Shown here one piece after another: positions 18,415 through 28,398 of a DNA stretch of 64,000 nucleotides; position 1 is the first letter of the stretch, and every line of letters starts with the position of its first letter. Source of the stretch: Candidatus Kapaibacterium sp. (GTDB taxonomy: Bacteria; Bacteroidota; Ignavibacteria; Kapaibacteriales; Kapaibacteriaceae); NCBI GenBank assembly GCA_030833725.1, contig JAURGP010000005.1:298-64297 (forward strand). The letters are read 5' to 3'. Under the pieces are notes generated by a model that was not told the origin of the DNA, did not search any database, and saw nothing but the letters and a program-made list of their open reading frames with translations. A program made the position numbers and the translations under genes.

Positions 18415-20192
18415 CGGTTGATGACCACAGGAAGCTGGTCTACACGGCCGTGCATCGATACGCGCAAGGCGTACCGTCCTGACGAGAGTTGGTGAACGGG
18501 TAGCTGCACAAGGCGAATCTGGGGTGCCAGTGTTTCCTGGAGCAGAACTAGTGTTTCACCCGTCATCGATACCAGCTCGACGTGCACAGGACCACCGTGT
18601 TCCACAACAATCTCCGCCATACCATGATCCACCATGGGCATTGGCGCCAAGCGCACGGCAGTCGGTGCTACCGAAGCCTCGTCGTCAACAGACGTGGTTC
18701 CAGACACAAAGTACCGTGATGTCACGGGAAGGTGATCCGACACGGTCGAAGAATAACTCGACAGGTAGGCCTGTGGTGCCTCTAGGAACGTACGATGGTG
18801 GAACGGCTGAAGATCTGTCGTCACCAGTGCATGATCGAGGAAGCTGCTAGCAAACCCGATGTACGACTTCAATCCCCGCTCTTCCATCGGCAGGGTGGGC
18901 GACCACCAGCGTTCGGTGTCGTTGATGAAGTTTGCAAACGGAGACGGCAGCGTGGAATCCACAATCGAGTATCCGAGAGCGTCGTTCAGGTCGCCCATGA
19001 TGATCATGGATGTGTCGGCGTAGAAGTCTGCCAGGTACTGGTGGAACGTTTCGGCATCGGCCTTCCGACGCTCGTAGTCCTCCATCATGGTCGAGTCGCT
19101 GGTAGCCTTTCCATGCAGGGTAAAGAACACCATGCGCTTGGTGGTGCCGTCGATCGTGGCATCGAAGGTCATCCGGAATGGATACCGCCCATTGGCCCAG
19201 GCCTGAGCTCCACCATTCACGGCAAGTCCAGTGGTAAGGGGCGTAATGGTTTCGCGGTTGTAGATGTAGGCCATTTTCTGATCGCTGGTCACCTGAGCGG
19301 CAAGATCATTCCCGTACAATCCCGCGACCGAGTCGCTTAGGGCATCAAGGGCCTCCTGGGACAGCACTTCCTGAAGGGCATAGATATCAGCTTGGATGCT
19401 GTCCATCACCTGACGAATGCTCCGGCGCTGGCGGTCCTTATCGCGTGGTCCACGAGCCGTATCGGCCGTACCATACCACTCCAAGTTCCAGGATGTAACG
19501 TCAAGGGTGCGACGCTTGCTCACCGTGTCTTCCTCTACCGACAAACCGATATCGGTGGCAAAACGAGGGAACATCTGGTAGGCACCGCGGAACTGGCTGA
19601 CACAGCCAATGACGTCGACCGGTTCGGTAGGGATCGGCAGGGAGTTGCGAGCAATGTCCGTTGCACCGTCGATGCGAACCTGAAACAGGTTGCCCTGACT
19701 GTCCTCGAGATCGTAGTTCGTCTCGCTCTGGAACGAGCCTTTTGCGAGAAAGGTCACGCGACGTAGGCGGATGAGCATGCCTTCTTCGTTCTCGCCAACG
19801 AGTGGAATCGTCGTTGTCTTTGGTCGCGGATCTATGCGCTCAACTGGGACGACGGTAAACCGAAAGTCCGTTCCCGCCAACTCGGTAAGCCCCGTACCCG
19901 GCGCACCTGTCGTAGCCTGAAACTCGATGAGTGTAGCATTCTCGATGATCACGGAATCACCGATGCGGGTACCCGCATTGAATCCAGCATTGAACACAGC
20001 AACGCCCGCTGTGCCATCCTCGATGTAGGCTGTATTGCGAAACACATTGGCAGCCGTTACGCGACCGGCAACCTTTGCGACCACCGAGCCGAACTCCTGT
20101 TTCCGGGCATCGGCGATGGAGATCACGTCCTGGCTAACAGCCGTGCTTGCGCCAATGGCCAGCAGAAGCGTCATGAGAAGTCGTTGCACCAT
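18411..20192 (-). CDS. T9SS-secreted nuclease: two OB-fold-like domains + endonuclease/exonuclease/phosphatase (EEP) domain + CTD
   Basis: Signal peptide; GRVTA..YIEDGTAG and VIGCVSQFRGAYQMFPR (OB-like); EEP motifs SWNLEW, LQEV, GDLND, LDH, SDHLPV; C-terminal APMPM...LSSGRYALRV. Confidence 0.85.
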   Translation of the reverse strand: MVQRLLMTLLLAIGASTAVSQDVISIADARKQEFGSVVAKVAGRVTAANVFRNTAYIEDGTAGVAVFNAGFNAGTRIGDSVIIENATLIEFQATTGAPGTGLTELAGTDFRFTVVPVERIDPRPKTTTIPLVGENEEGMLIRLRRVTFLAKGSFQSETNYDLEDSQGNLFQVRIDGATDIARNSLPIPTEPVDVIGCVSQFRGAYQMFPRFATDIGLSVEEDTVSKRRTLDVTSWNLEWYGTADTARGPRDKDRQRRSIRQVMDSIQADIYALQEVLSQEALDALSDSVAGLYGNDLAAQVTSDQKMAYIYNRETITPLTTGLAVNGGAQAWANGRYPFRMTFDATIDGTTKRMVFFTLHGKATSDSTMMEDYERRKADAETFHQYLADFYADTSMIIMGDLNDALGYSIVDSTLPSPFANFINDTERWWSPTLPMEERGLKSYIGFASSFLDHALVTTDLQPFHHRTFLEAPQAYLSSYSSTVSDHLPVTSRYFVSGTTSVDDEASVAPTAVRLAPMPMVDHGMAEIVVEHGGPVHVELVSMTGETLVLLQETLAPQIRLVQLPVHQLSSGRYALRVSMHGRVDQLPVVINR

Positions 20193-20222
20193 GGAATCCT
20201 GTCCTTATCTCACTGAATGGAA

Positions 20223-20903
20223 TTACTCAAACATCTGCAATGCTATAGAATCGCGTAGCGGGGGGGCGGCATCGTAAGCATACATCGTATATGACTTGCC
20301 GGCTTCGAGTGTGGCTGTGAATCGAGCCGCTACCGTGGTGGTTTCCCACTCACGTGCTTCGAACGTGTATTCTCCCGCTGGGAAGGACGTGTAGGCCGAG
20401 GCGATACCCGGATCAAAGATCTCCGCAAAGGCACGTTGTCCGCTTTGGGTGAACACCTCCAAGGTGACAAACTGATCGGTGTTCTCGGCCATGTGGACGA
20501 AGCGCACAACGGGATTGGCCGTAGCGGCAATGGAGGTGTCCTGCAGGGCACGCCGAAACTCGATGAGCCGGCTCTGAGAACCACGGGCAAACAGGATCAC
20601 ATTCGCGCCCCCACCCAGGGTGTAGAAGAGGGTGTCCCTGCGAAGGTCAGCACCATTGGACTTGAACACGAAACCGATCGGGCGACCAGCTGGCACGCTG
20701 ACATAGGCCGAGGGCGAACCGCGCTCAGCCACAATGGATGTAGATGCGTCAATGACGGTTTCCAAGACGGAAACATCCTGCGTGGTGTTTACGATTTTCA
20801 CGTTTGCTGGTTCCGGCGTAGGGAACACGAGCACATCATCGGTACAGGCTGAGAGCAGTACTGTCAGTCCGATGAGAAGTGAGAGTTGGAGTCGTCGATT
20901 CAT
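20223..20903 (-). CDS. DUF4397-like lipoprotein
   Basis: Lipobox LLSAC; two repeats (ANVKIVN.../VVRFVHMA...), SAYTSFPAGEY, LEAGKSYT. Confidence 0.75.
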   Translation of the reverse strand: MNRRLQLSLLIGLTVLLSACTDDVLVFPTPEPANVKIVNTTQDVSVLETVIDASTSIVAERGSPSAYVSVPAGRPIGFVFKSNGADLRRDTLFYTLGGGANVILFARGSQSRLIEFRRALQDTSIAATANPVVRFVHMAENTDQFVTLEVFTQSGQRAFAEIFDPGIASAYTSFPAGEYTFEAREWETTTVAARFTATLEAGKSYTMYAYDAAPPLRDSIALQMFE

Positions 20904-20914
20904 CGTGCTGTATC

Positions 20915-23900
20915 CTAGAACGTGTAGCGGATGCCAAACTGCATGCGCCAGCGGGAGAAGAAGTTGTCTACCGTGTAGATGCCGGCCTGCCCATTCGTGA
21001 CCGGTTCGGTGTAGGTCATGCGTAGGCGTCCCTGATCGTCGAAGGGGTTGGTTCCGATCGGAGCAAGACCGAACAGGTTGTAGCTCTGGAAACTCACAAA
21101 CCGTACGATACCCCAGTCTGGGTTGAGCAGATTGAGCAGATTCTGGACATCGAGGGTGATCTGGAGCTTGTTACCCAAGGCAGGAAGGTTCTGAGCGATG
21201 CGCAGATCCAATTGATAGCGCCACGGTTCACGAAGAGCATTCCGAGGCAGCACAGACCCTTGGTACTGTTTTAGCACCGGGTTGGCATCAATCAACGCCA
21301 TGAGCTGTTCCCAGATCTGCTCCGGCGTACGAAGATCGGTGCCTTGTGGCGGGGCAATCACGACACGTGTGCCATAGTCCTCCCGGTTGGGAATGTAGAG
21401 CAGGTCGTTACCGCCAGAGGCGTTGTCGCCGTTGTAGTCCTGAACGTATGACACCGAGTACGGCCTACCAGTTTGGGCTGAGAAATACATTGCTACCGTG
21501 GTCGATACATCCTTCGACCAGTCAAACGTATAGGCAGCATTCGAGAGAATGCGGTGCGGGACGTCGAAGTTCGATCGTGCGGCAACGGCGTTGTTGGGGT
21601 CGAGAGCGTCAGAGAATTGCCACTGTGAGCTGGCCGTGGCCGACAAACTCGAGTTGAGGTCCTCCGAGCGTCCGTACGTGTAGGAAAGCGAACCCGAGAC
21701 ACCAGGTAGGATGGCGTTCCGCGCGTCGAGCTGCAACTGACCGGATACTGACCATTGATAGCCGGCTGTTTTGCTTCGCAGCAACAGGACTTGGGTGAAC
21801 TCTGGTGCTCGGAGGGAGTCCTGACGTGTGCCTGCATAGAGTGGTCTACCGTCGATTGGACTGACGCCAATGATCGTGTCTCCGTTGATCACCCAGCTAC
21901 GCTTCGAGGGTTCGAGGTTCAGGTTCGCATAGTCGACTTGGTTCAGGAACGCCCCGTACATTCCTTCCAGCGTAAAGGAGAGCCCCTTGGCAAGCTTTAC
22001 GTCAAATCCCAGCGTACTGCGCCATACCTGCGGGAGTTGGAAGTTGCGATCCGTGATGTTGATGGCCGAGGTATTGATTGGTGTGCCCGGATATCCTACA
22101 TCGCCTGGACGCGGTGGAGGACCGGTAAGATCCCACTTGTATGGGTTACCCGCGGAATCCAGAATCACCGCTTGGGAGTTGAATGCCCCTAACTGTGCAC
22201 GGAAGAGGTCGATGCCGGTGTTTGAGTACTGGTTCGACAACCATACGGCTGCCACACGTCCCGAAAACAAACCTGTACCACCGCGCAGTTGAATCGTGCG
22301 GTCTCCGGTGACATCGTAATTGAACCCGAACCGAGGAGAGAACAACAACGCAGCCTGCGGAACTTCACTGGTAGACAAGCCCGGAAAACGCTGAGCGAAG
22401 ACAGGGTTGTCGTACGGCTGTGTGATGTACAAAGGCATGTCCACGCGCACACCGCCGGTGAGACGCACCTGAGGGCTCACCTGCCATTCATCCATGGCAT
22501 ACAGGCCTACCTGCAGCATCCACCACGCGGCACGTGGTTGATCTGTTCCGGTAACGGCTAGGTTAGCATAACTGACTTGGTACGAATTCGCCGTGCTATC
22601 AGCGAATGCTTCAAGGTTCGGATACTGATACGATCCAAGGTAGTCTTGAATGAATAAGTTGTTGAAGCGTGAAAGTTCGTTGTGTGTGCCAATCGTCAGC
22701 GTGTGGTCGCCGGCGAAGAGCGTGAAGTCGTCCGTCAGCGAGATGAGGGTCTGGTCCAGTGCGTTAGCCTGCGAGTTGCGCTCGGTACCAAGGATGATGT
22801 TCTGACCGGAACCCACAACGATCCTCACCTCCGGAAACGGATTCGGTGGCAGGACACGATCGTCATTGGTCTGCGTGACCGAGACACGGAGCTCGTTGGC
22901 AGCCGCCGCGCCCATGATGGAGTTCCACTGGAACACCGTCTGGTTGTTGATGCTGGTGAAGGTGTTGACGCGACTGCTCAGGCTATAGGTGAAGTTGTTC
23001 CGAGTCAGGTTCCGATCCTGAATCGCATACGTGAAGTTATGCCGCAACTGAAACTTGTTCTGTTCATCCAAGTTCCAGTCCAGACGGGCAATCACGTTCA
23101 CCGTATTGTTGCGGTTGTTGAATAAGTCGTAGGTACCGGGATCGTAGCCATAGCGATCCTTCGAGATGGCGATGATCTGGTCGAATACCGCCGTTGGCAC
23201 GGCGAAGTTGTTGAGTGCATTGGGATCGTTGATCGCTACGTCCACCGGCGTGGATCGCAGTCGTGCCTCAGCAGTCACGTGGAACAGCAGCTTGTTCTCG
23301 ATGATGGGGCCACCAAGTCGGCCGCCAAACTGAAAGTCCCGAAATTCTTCAAAGGGCTGTCGGTAGACATCGGGACTGTTTCCAACGAGGTATTGGTTTC
23401 GTCCGTAGAAGAACACCGATCCGGCCACGGTATTGGTGCCACCACGGGTGATGGCATTAATTAAGCCGCCCGTGAATCCGTTCTGGCGCACGTCGTATGG
23501 CGACACCTCTACCTTCAAGCGCTCGATGGCGTCGAGAGAGACAAAGTTGGAATTGGCTTGCGAACCCGCCGTTCCGGCTGAACCGAGGGCGAACAGGTCG
23601 TTGCTCACGGCACCGTCAATCTGGAAGTTGTTGAACCGGGAGTTGACACCCATGACGCTCACGCCCTGCAGTCCATCACTGCCGGCTGTTTCCGTCTGCG
23701 TGGTATAGGGATTGAAACGAGCAATGTCGCTGATGCTGCGGTTGATGGTCGGAGCCGATGTAATCGTGGCCTCGGAGATCACGGATGCTGAACCGGTACG
23801 CGAGGCGTCGAACAGGGCATTACGATCGGAGGTAACCTCCACGGTGCGAAGCTGAGAGATTGTAGCATACAGCGTGGCATTGAACGTGGACGTTTCTCCC

Positions 23901-24229
23901 ACGTCCACAAGCACTCTTGGCTGCGTTAGCGGCTGATAGCCCACGAAGCTCACGGTGATGGAGTAGGCTCCCGGACGGAGTCCACGCAGCGTAAACCGTC
24001 CATTCTTCTGCGTGTAGCCTCCGTAGACGGCACCTGTCGCCGCATCCGTGGCCTTCACTGTGGCCCCTTGAAGGGGGCTTCGGTCTCGGTAGGCCGCCGA
24101 AGTAGTATCGGATGCGCCGGTAATCACACCGGAGATGGAGCCCGTGGTGACCCCTTGACCATAGGCCATCAGGGATGAGAGCAAGAACACGAGGGTCAGC
24201 GGAACAGTACGACGGAGCAAGAGCATCAT
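20915..24229 (-). CDS. TonB-dependent receptor (Oar/carboxypeptidase-regulatory-like N-terminal type)
   Basis: QGVTTGSISG, GLRPGAYSITVSFVGY, NNFQIDG, PYDVRQNGFTGGLINAITRGGTN, FSPRFGFNYD, C-terminal RMQFGIRYTF. Confidence 0.92.
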   Translation of the reverse strand: MMLLLRRTVPLTLVFLLSSLMAYGQGVTTGSISGVITGASDTTSAAYRDRSPLQGATVKATDAATGAVYGGYTQKNGRFTLRGLRPGAYSITVSFVGYQPLTQPRVLVDVGETSTFNATLYATISQLRTVEVTSDRNALFDASRTGSASVISEATITSAPTINRSISDIARFNPYTTQTETAGSDGLQGVSVMGVNSRFNNFQIDGAVSNDLFALGSAGTAGSQANSNFVSLDAIERLKVEVSPYDVRQNGFTGGLINAITRGGTNTVAGSVFFYGRNQYLVGNSPDVYRQPFEEFRDFQFGGRLGGPIIENKLLFHVTAEARLRSTPVDVAINDPNALNNFAVPTAVFDQIIAISKDRYGYDPGTYDLFNNRNNTVNVIARLDWNLDEQNKFQLRHNFTYAIQDRNLTRNNFTYSLSSRVNTFTSINNQTVFQWNSIMGAAAANELRVSVTQTNDDRVLPPNPFPEVRIVVGSGQNIILGTERNSQANALDQTLISLTDDFTLFAGDHTLTIGTHNELSRFNNLFIQDYLGSYQYPNLEAFADSTANSYQVSYANLAVTGTDQPRAAWWMLQVGLYAMDEWQVSPQVRLTGGVRVDMPLYITQPYDNPVFAQRFPGLSTSEVPQAALLFSPRFGFNYDVTGDRTIQLRGGTGLFSGRVAAVWLSNQYSNTGIDLFRAQLGAFNSQAVILDSAGNPYKWDLTGPPPRPGDVGYPGTPINTSAINITDRNFQLPQVWRSTLGFDVKLAKGLSFTLEGMYGAFLNQVDYANLNLEPSKRSWVINGDTIIGVSPIDGRPLYAGTRQDSLRAPEFTQVLLLRSKTAGYQWSVSGQLQLDARNAILPGVSGSLSYTYGRSEDLNSSLSATASSQWQFSDALDPNNAVAARSNFDVPHRILSNAAYTFDWSKDVSTTVAMYFSAQTGRPYSVSYVQDYNGDNASGGNDLLYIPNREDYGTRVVIAPPQGTDLRTPEQIWEQLMALIDANPVLKQYQGSVLPRNALREPWRYQLDLRIAQNLPALGNKLQITLDVQNLLNLLNPDWGIVRFVSFQSYNLFGLAPIGTNPFDDQGRLRMTYTEPVTNGQAGIYTVDNFFSRWRMQFGIRYTF

Positions 24230-24270
24230 AGGCAGTTGGCGCAACGCAGAACTACGCAGAATGTGGTCAT
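24226..24270 (-). CDS. Putative 14-aa upstream peptide MTTFCVVLRCANCL
   Basis: ATG 11 nt after the -7 box; its TGA overlaps the TBDR ATG (ATGA). Translation is unproven. Confidence 0.25.
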   Translation of the reverse strand: MTTFCVVLRCANCL

Positions 24271-24281
24271 CCAGTAGACTC

Positions 24282-24289
24282 CAAATCTA
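24282..24289 (-). promoter_or_regulatory. -7 promoter box TAGATTTG for the TBDR operon
   Basis: Exact TAnnTTTG in the divergent intergenic region. Confidence 0.65.
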
Positions 24290-24351
24290 CGGGATTTGCC
24301 GTCGAACGGCACATCATCTGAGCTGGATGGTCAGAGCTGCGTGATCAGTGC

Positions 24352-24359
24352 TATCTTCG
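24352..24359 (+). promoter_or_regulatory. -7 promoter box TATCTTCG, 6 nt before ATG
   Basis: TATCTTCG CCGTCT ATG(24366). Confidence 0.6.
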
Positions 24360-24365
24360 CCGTCT

Positions 24366-26027
24366 ATGCTGGGACCGTCGTACCGTGGACTACAGCGACA
24401 ACTGGACTCACTGCTCGAACTCAGCTCGCACATTGCCGATGCCGAGCCGATGGAGATCCTGAACACTGCTTTGCTGAGCGTGATGGGGCGTATCGGCGTG
24501 TTCAAGGCATGTATCGCACTTCCTGAGGATGGCGGGTTCACGGCTCCCGTCCATCTATGCAAGGGGCTCGAGCCCGTATCGCTACCAGCTGATATCGCCG
24601 TAGAGCTGCATCGTCCAGAGCCACGGTCGCTACTGGCACAGGCCGGTGTGGCCATGGTGGCTCCGCTGCTTTCCGGCAGCAGGGTCGTGGGTGTCCTTTG
24701 CCTTGGCCCATCCATGCATGTGGACGCCTTCGACGACTCAGCCGTGTCGGCCTATCTGGAGATTGCTCGGGTCATGATTGGCACGACGGCGCACAACGCA
24801 TCCCTCGTACGATCGCTGAAGCAGTCGGCGCGGGCATTGGAGCATCGCACGCTGATGATCACATCGCTGTTCGAAACGGCGCGTGACTTTGCCACGGCAC
24901 GCAATCACGAGGAGCTGTTTCGGCTGCTGTGGTATCGCGTAATGGGGCATTTGATGGTATCGCGTGTAGCGATCTTCTTGCGCGAGCCCATCAATGGCTC
25001 GCTGGTTCTGGAACAACGTGGTCTTGGTAGCCCGTATGGTAGCTCGCTGGTTCCGATCTACGATCACGTGATCGATATTGATCGTCCGATACGGATTGCA
25101 GATCTCCCGCCCAATGATGCCCAAGCAGAGGTGCTACGGTCGGCCTCGCTGGCGATGGTGGCACCACTTACGGTCCACGGAGTGTCGAAAGGGGTGATCG
25201 TTACCGGAGAGCCACTGAGCGCTCGGGTGTTTACGCAGGAGGATCTTGCCTACCTTGAGGCTGTCGGCTCTACGGCCATGATCAGCATCGAGCATATCGC
25301 TAAGCAGCGCCTCGACGACGAACTGGCGATTGCCTCGGAGATCCAGCGCGGCCTGTTACCGCAAGCGCCTTCATTTTCGGGCCTTGACATTGCCGCGCTG
25401 CACCGACCCAGTGGTCGAGTCGGCGGTGATTACTACGACGTGATTCCACTCGATGAGCACCGCGTCTTGATCGCCATCGCTGATGTTGCTGGCAAAGGAA
25501 TTCCGGCAGCCCTCCTGATGGCCAATGTCCAGGCAGCGCTGACTGTGCTGGCAGCCACGGATGTGTCGCTGTCGGCGATGATGCACCGGATCAATAGCGT
25601 GGTGTGCGAAAACACCGAGCCGGAGGTCTTCATCACAATGTGGGTTGGCGTGATTGATACGCGTCGGCAAGAGATGTCCTACGTGAACGCTGGCCACCAT
25701 CCTCCACTCCTCATTGACAGAGAGGGGGCCGTCGGGCTGATGCGCGAGGGTGGCGTACTAACCGGCGTTCTTCCCGATCCACCTCCGTACCGCATGGGAG
25801 TGCAGCCCTTTGGTAGAGATGCGCTCTTGGTGCTGTACACGGATGGCGTGGTCGAGGCTCGAACAGACGGCGAGGAGTTCGGCATGGATCGGTTGACAGA
25901 CCTGGTCCTGCGGCACCATCATGAGACGTCGGCGGTAATCGTGGAGGCGATCCGTCAGGCCGCAGAGGCGCATCACCGTGATGGAACACCCGACGATGTC
26001 ACGATTGTGGCGGTGCGGCCCAACTAA
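24366..26027 (+). CDS. GAF-domain PP2C/SpoIIE (RsbU-like) Ser/Thr phosphatase
   Basis: Two GAF-like regions; ELAIASEIQRGLLP, VGGDYYD, IADVAGKG, NAGHHPP, YTDGVVEA, DDVT. Confidence 0.92.
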   Translation: MLGPSYRGLQRQLDSLLELSSHIADAEPMEILNTALLSVMGRIGVFKACIALPEDGGFTAPVHLCKGLEPVSLPADIAVELHRPEPRSLLAQAGVAMVAPLLSGSRVVGVLCLGPSMHVDAFDDSAVSAYLEIARVMIGTTAHNASLVRSLKQSARALEHRTLMITSLFETARDFATARNHEELFRLLWYRVMGHLMVSRVAIFLREPINGSLVLEQRGLGSPYGSSLVPIYDHVIDIDRPIRIADLPPNDAQAEVLRSASLAMVAPLTVHGVSKGVIVTGEPLSARVFTQEDLAYLEAVGSTAMISIEHIAKQRLDDELAIASEIQRGLLPQAPSFSGLDIAALHRPSGRVGGDYYDVIPLDEHRVLIAIADVAGKGIPAALLMANVQAALTVLAATDVSLSAMMHRINSVVCENTEPEVFITMWVGVIDTRRQEMSYVNAGHHPPLLIDREGAVGLMREGGVLTGVLPDPPPYRMGVQPFGRDALLVLYTDGVVEARTDGEEFGMDRLTDLVLRHHHETSAVIVEAIRQAAEAHHRDGTPDDVTIVAVRPN

Positions 26028-27471
26028 AGACGTCGACGTAATGCCGTGCCGTGCGCTCGATGGAGTAGTCGCGGGCCATGGCCTGCTGGCGCAGGGTTGT
26101 CCAGTGGGGCTCGCGCCGATAGACGTGTAGCGCTCGTTCAATGGCTGTGCTCAGTGCGTCGGCCGTAAACGGTCCAAAGCGGAATCCCGTGCCGCGCATC
26201 GATACCGGATCATACTCTTCGACGGTATCGGCCAAGCCCCCTACCGATCGCACAATGGGAATCGTGCCGTAGGCCATGGCAAATAGCTGCGTTAGACCGC
26301 ACGGCTCAAACAGTGACGGCATCAGGTAGTAGTCGCTGGCCGCCTGAATCCGATGCGATAACGACTCGTCATAGCCAGTGGCGAGAAACAGATGCTGTGG
26401 GTATCGACGAGCGATGGTAGCCAAGGCCTCTTCCAGATCCGACTGCCCACTGCCTAGGACAACCATGCGAACGAGATTGCGCTCGAAGAAGGAGGGCAGC
26501 ACGTCCGGCAGAAGCTGAAGTCCTTTCTGCTCTGTGAGTCGCGTAACCATGCCCATGAGGGGAAGGGGTGCAGAGGCCTCGCCGAGATCAAGTCCGCACT
26601 CCATCAGGAGCGCTCGTTTGTTTACCTCCTTTTTGGCAAGGTCGTCCGCCGTATACGGCACGGCAAGATGCGCATCAGTGGCTGGTGACCAGACGTTGGT
26701 GTCGATCCCATTCAAGACGCCGATGAGGTCTGCACTACGTGCCTGCAGGGCTCCTTGCAGTCCCATCCCTTCAGGTGTCCAGCGGATCTCTTCGGCATAC
26801 GTGGGACTCACGGTAGTGACCTTCTGAGCAAACATGATGCCCGTCTTCATGGCATTGAACATCCCGTGATGTTCGTACCAGCTACCCGGATAGAAGTCCT
26901 GGGCTGGGAAACCACCGAGATCCATGGCTCGACCTGGCTCGTACATGCCTTGGTAGGCCATGTTGTGGATGGTGAATACCCCAGCCGTTCTCGAGAAGTG
27001 TGGCGTATGCCGGTACTCCACTGTGAGCATTGCCATCATGGGGGCGGTGTGGTAGTCGTGCGTGTGGATCACATCGGGACGGAACTCTATGGCCTTTGCC
27101 AGCTCAAATGCCGCGCGGCAGAGAAACATGAACCGTCGGTCGTTGTCATCGAAGCCATCGTGGTAGCCGTAGATGCCAGGACGATCGAAGTAGTCGGCAG
27201 AACGAATGAAGTAAACTGTGACGTCCGAGTCCGGTAGAGTGCCGGTGTACACCGTAGCGTACTCCGTCCACGTTGAACAGGCTACCGACAACACGATGGA
27301 CGTAGGGGTAATGCCGAATCGCTCGCGATCGATCGTGCCGTACAAGGGCAGTACTGGTACAACATGGTGACCATCGGCCGACCAGGCCCGCGGCAGCGCG
27401 CCCGTCATATCCGCCAGGCCACCCACCTTTGCGTAGGGTGCTACTTCGGCTGACACTTGGAGAATGTTCAT
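25999..27471 (-). CDS. glgA: Glycogen synthase
   Basis: EVAPYAKVGGLAD, HTHDYHT, TIHNMAYQG, RLTEQKG, MPSLFEPCGLTQ, GGLADTV. Confidence 0.96.
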   Translation of the reverse strand: MNILQVSAEVAPYAKVGGLADMTGALPRAWSADGHHVVPVLPLYGTIDRERFGITPTSIVLSVACSTWTEYATVYTGTLPDSDVTVYFIRSADYFDRPGIYGYHDGFDDNDRRFMFLCRAAFELAKAIEFRPDVIHTHDYHTAPMMAMLTVEYRHTPHFSRTAGVFTIHNMAYQGMYEPGRAMDLGGFPAQDFYPGSWYEHHGMFNAMKTGIMFAQKVTTVSPTYAEEIRWTPEGMGLQGALQARSADLIGVLNGIDTNVWSPATDAHLAVPYTADDLAKKEVNKRALLMECGLDLGEASAPLPLMGMVTRLTEQKGLQLLPDVLPSFFERNLVRMVVLGSGQSDLEEALATIARRYPQHLFLATGYDESLSHRIQAASDYYLMPSLFEPCGLTQLFAMAYGTIPIVRSVGGLADTVEEYDPVSMRGTGFRFGPFTADALSTAIERALHVYRREPHWTTLRQQAMARDYSIERTARHYVDVFSWAAPPQS

Positions 27472-27482
27472 CGGTGCTCCCG

Positions 27483-28367
27483 TTACTCGCGCTGCCTGCA
27501 AACATAGGATGGAACATCCAGATCGGTCTGGGCGTCTTGGGCCTCCGCCGCAGAGCGGAAGATGCCGAAGATCGTTGAACCACTGCCGCTCATGCCCGCA
27601 TACAGCGCTCCGCGTGCTTGAAGTGTCTGGCAGAGTAGCTCTAGCTGTGGATACGTTTTGAAGGCATACGGCTCAAAATCGTTGCGCAGGTTCTTCAACA
27701 CTTCACTGTTGCTCAAGGCCTGCAGCACCGTGGCAGCTGGTTGTGTGCTTGGTTGTTGCCATGCACCTGTTGCAGGCAGATTCAGTGATGATCGGAGAGA
27801 TCGATAGGCTTCTTGCGTGGACACATGTACGCCCGGCAGTACCACGAGGAAGTACCACGGCAGGTACACGGGTAGGGGGGTAACTTGCTCTCCACGACCA
27901 ACAACGTGGGCAGCTCCACCATACAGGAAGAAGGGGACGTCGCTCCCGAGTTCAAGGGCAAGGGGCTCTAGCACAGCACGTGCCTCAGCGGTTGTGTAGG
28001 GGAGGCCCGTCCATGCTTCATACAAGTGTTGCAGCACGCAGGCGCCGTTCGAGGAGCCCCCTCCCAGTCCTGCTCCCGTAGGGATGCGCTTCTGGACGGT
28101 TATCTTTGCCGCTTCGGGAACACCAACTTGGTGGGCGAGCATCGCCGCGGCACGGTAGACGATGTTGTCACTCGGAGAGTCCGTCACCTCGGGTATGCTC
28201 ACGACACTGAGATCAGGAGATGCTTCGATCGTGATGTGGTCACAAAGGTTGATTTCCACGAAGACAGAATCAAGGTTGTGGAATCCATCATCTCTTGTGC
28301 CGGTGATCGATAACCCAAGGTTGAGCTTCGCACATGATTCGACGTGGATGGTAGGGAACTGGGGCAT
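27483..28367 (-). CDS. ispE: 4-diphosphocytidyl-2C-methyl-D-erythritol kinase
   Basis: AKLNLGL, KRIPTGAGLGGGSSN, LGSDVPFF, NDFE, MSGSGST. Confidence 0.96.
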   Translation of the reverse strand: MPQFPTIHVESCAKLNLGLSITGTRDDGFHNLDSVFVEINLCDHITIEASPDLSVVSIPEVTDSPSDNIVYRAAAMLAHQVGVPEAAKITVQKRIPTGAGLGGGSSNGACVLQHLYEAWTGLPYTTAEARAVLEPLALELGSDVPFFLYGGAAHVVGRGEQVTPLPVYLPWYFLVVLPGVHVSTQEAYRSLRSSLNLPATGAWQQPSTQPAATVLQALSNSEVLKNLRNDFEPYAFKTYPQLELLCQTLQARGALYAGMSGSGSTIFGIFRSAAEAQDAQTDLDVPSYVCRQRE

Positions 28368-28398
28368 ATGATGCACGATAAAGAGAGGAAGGCGCAAT

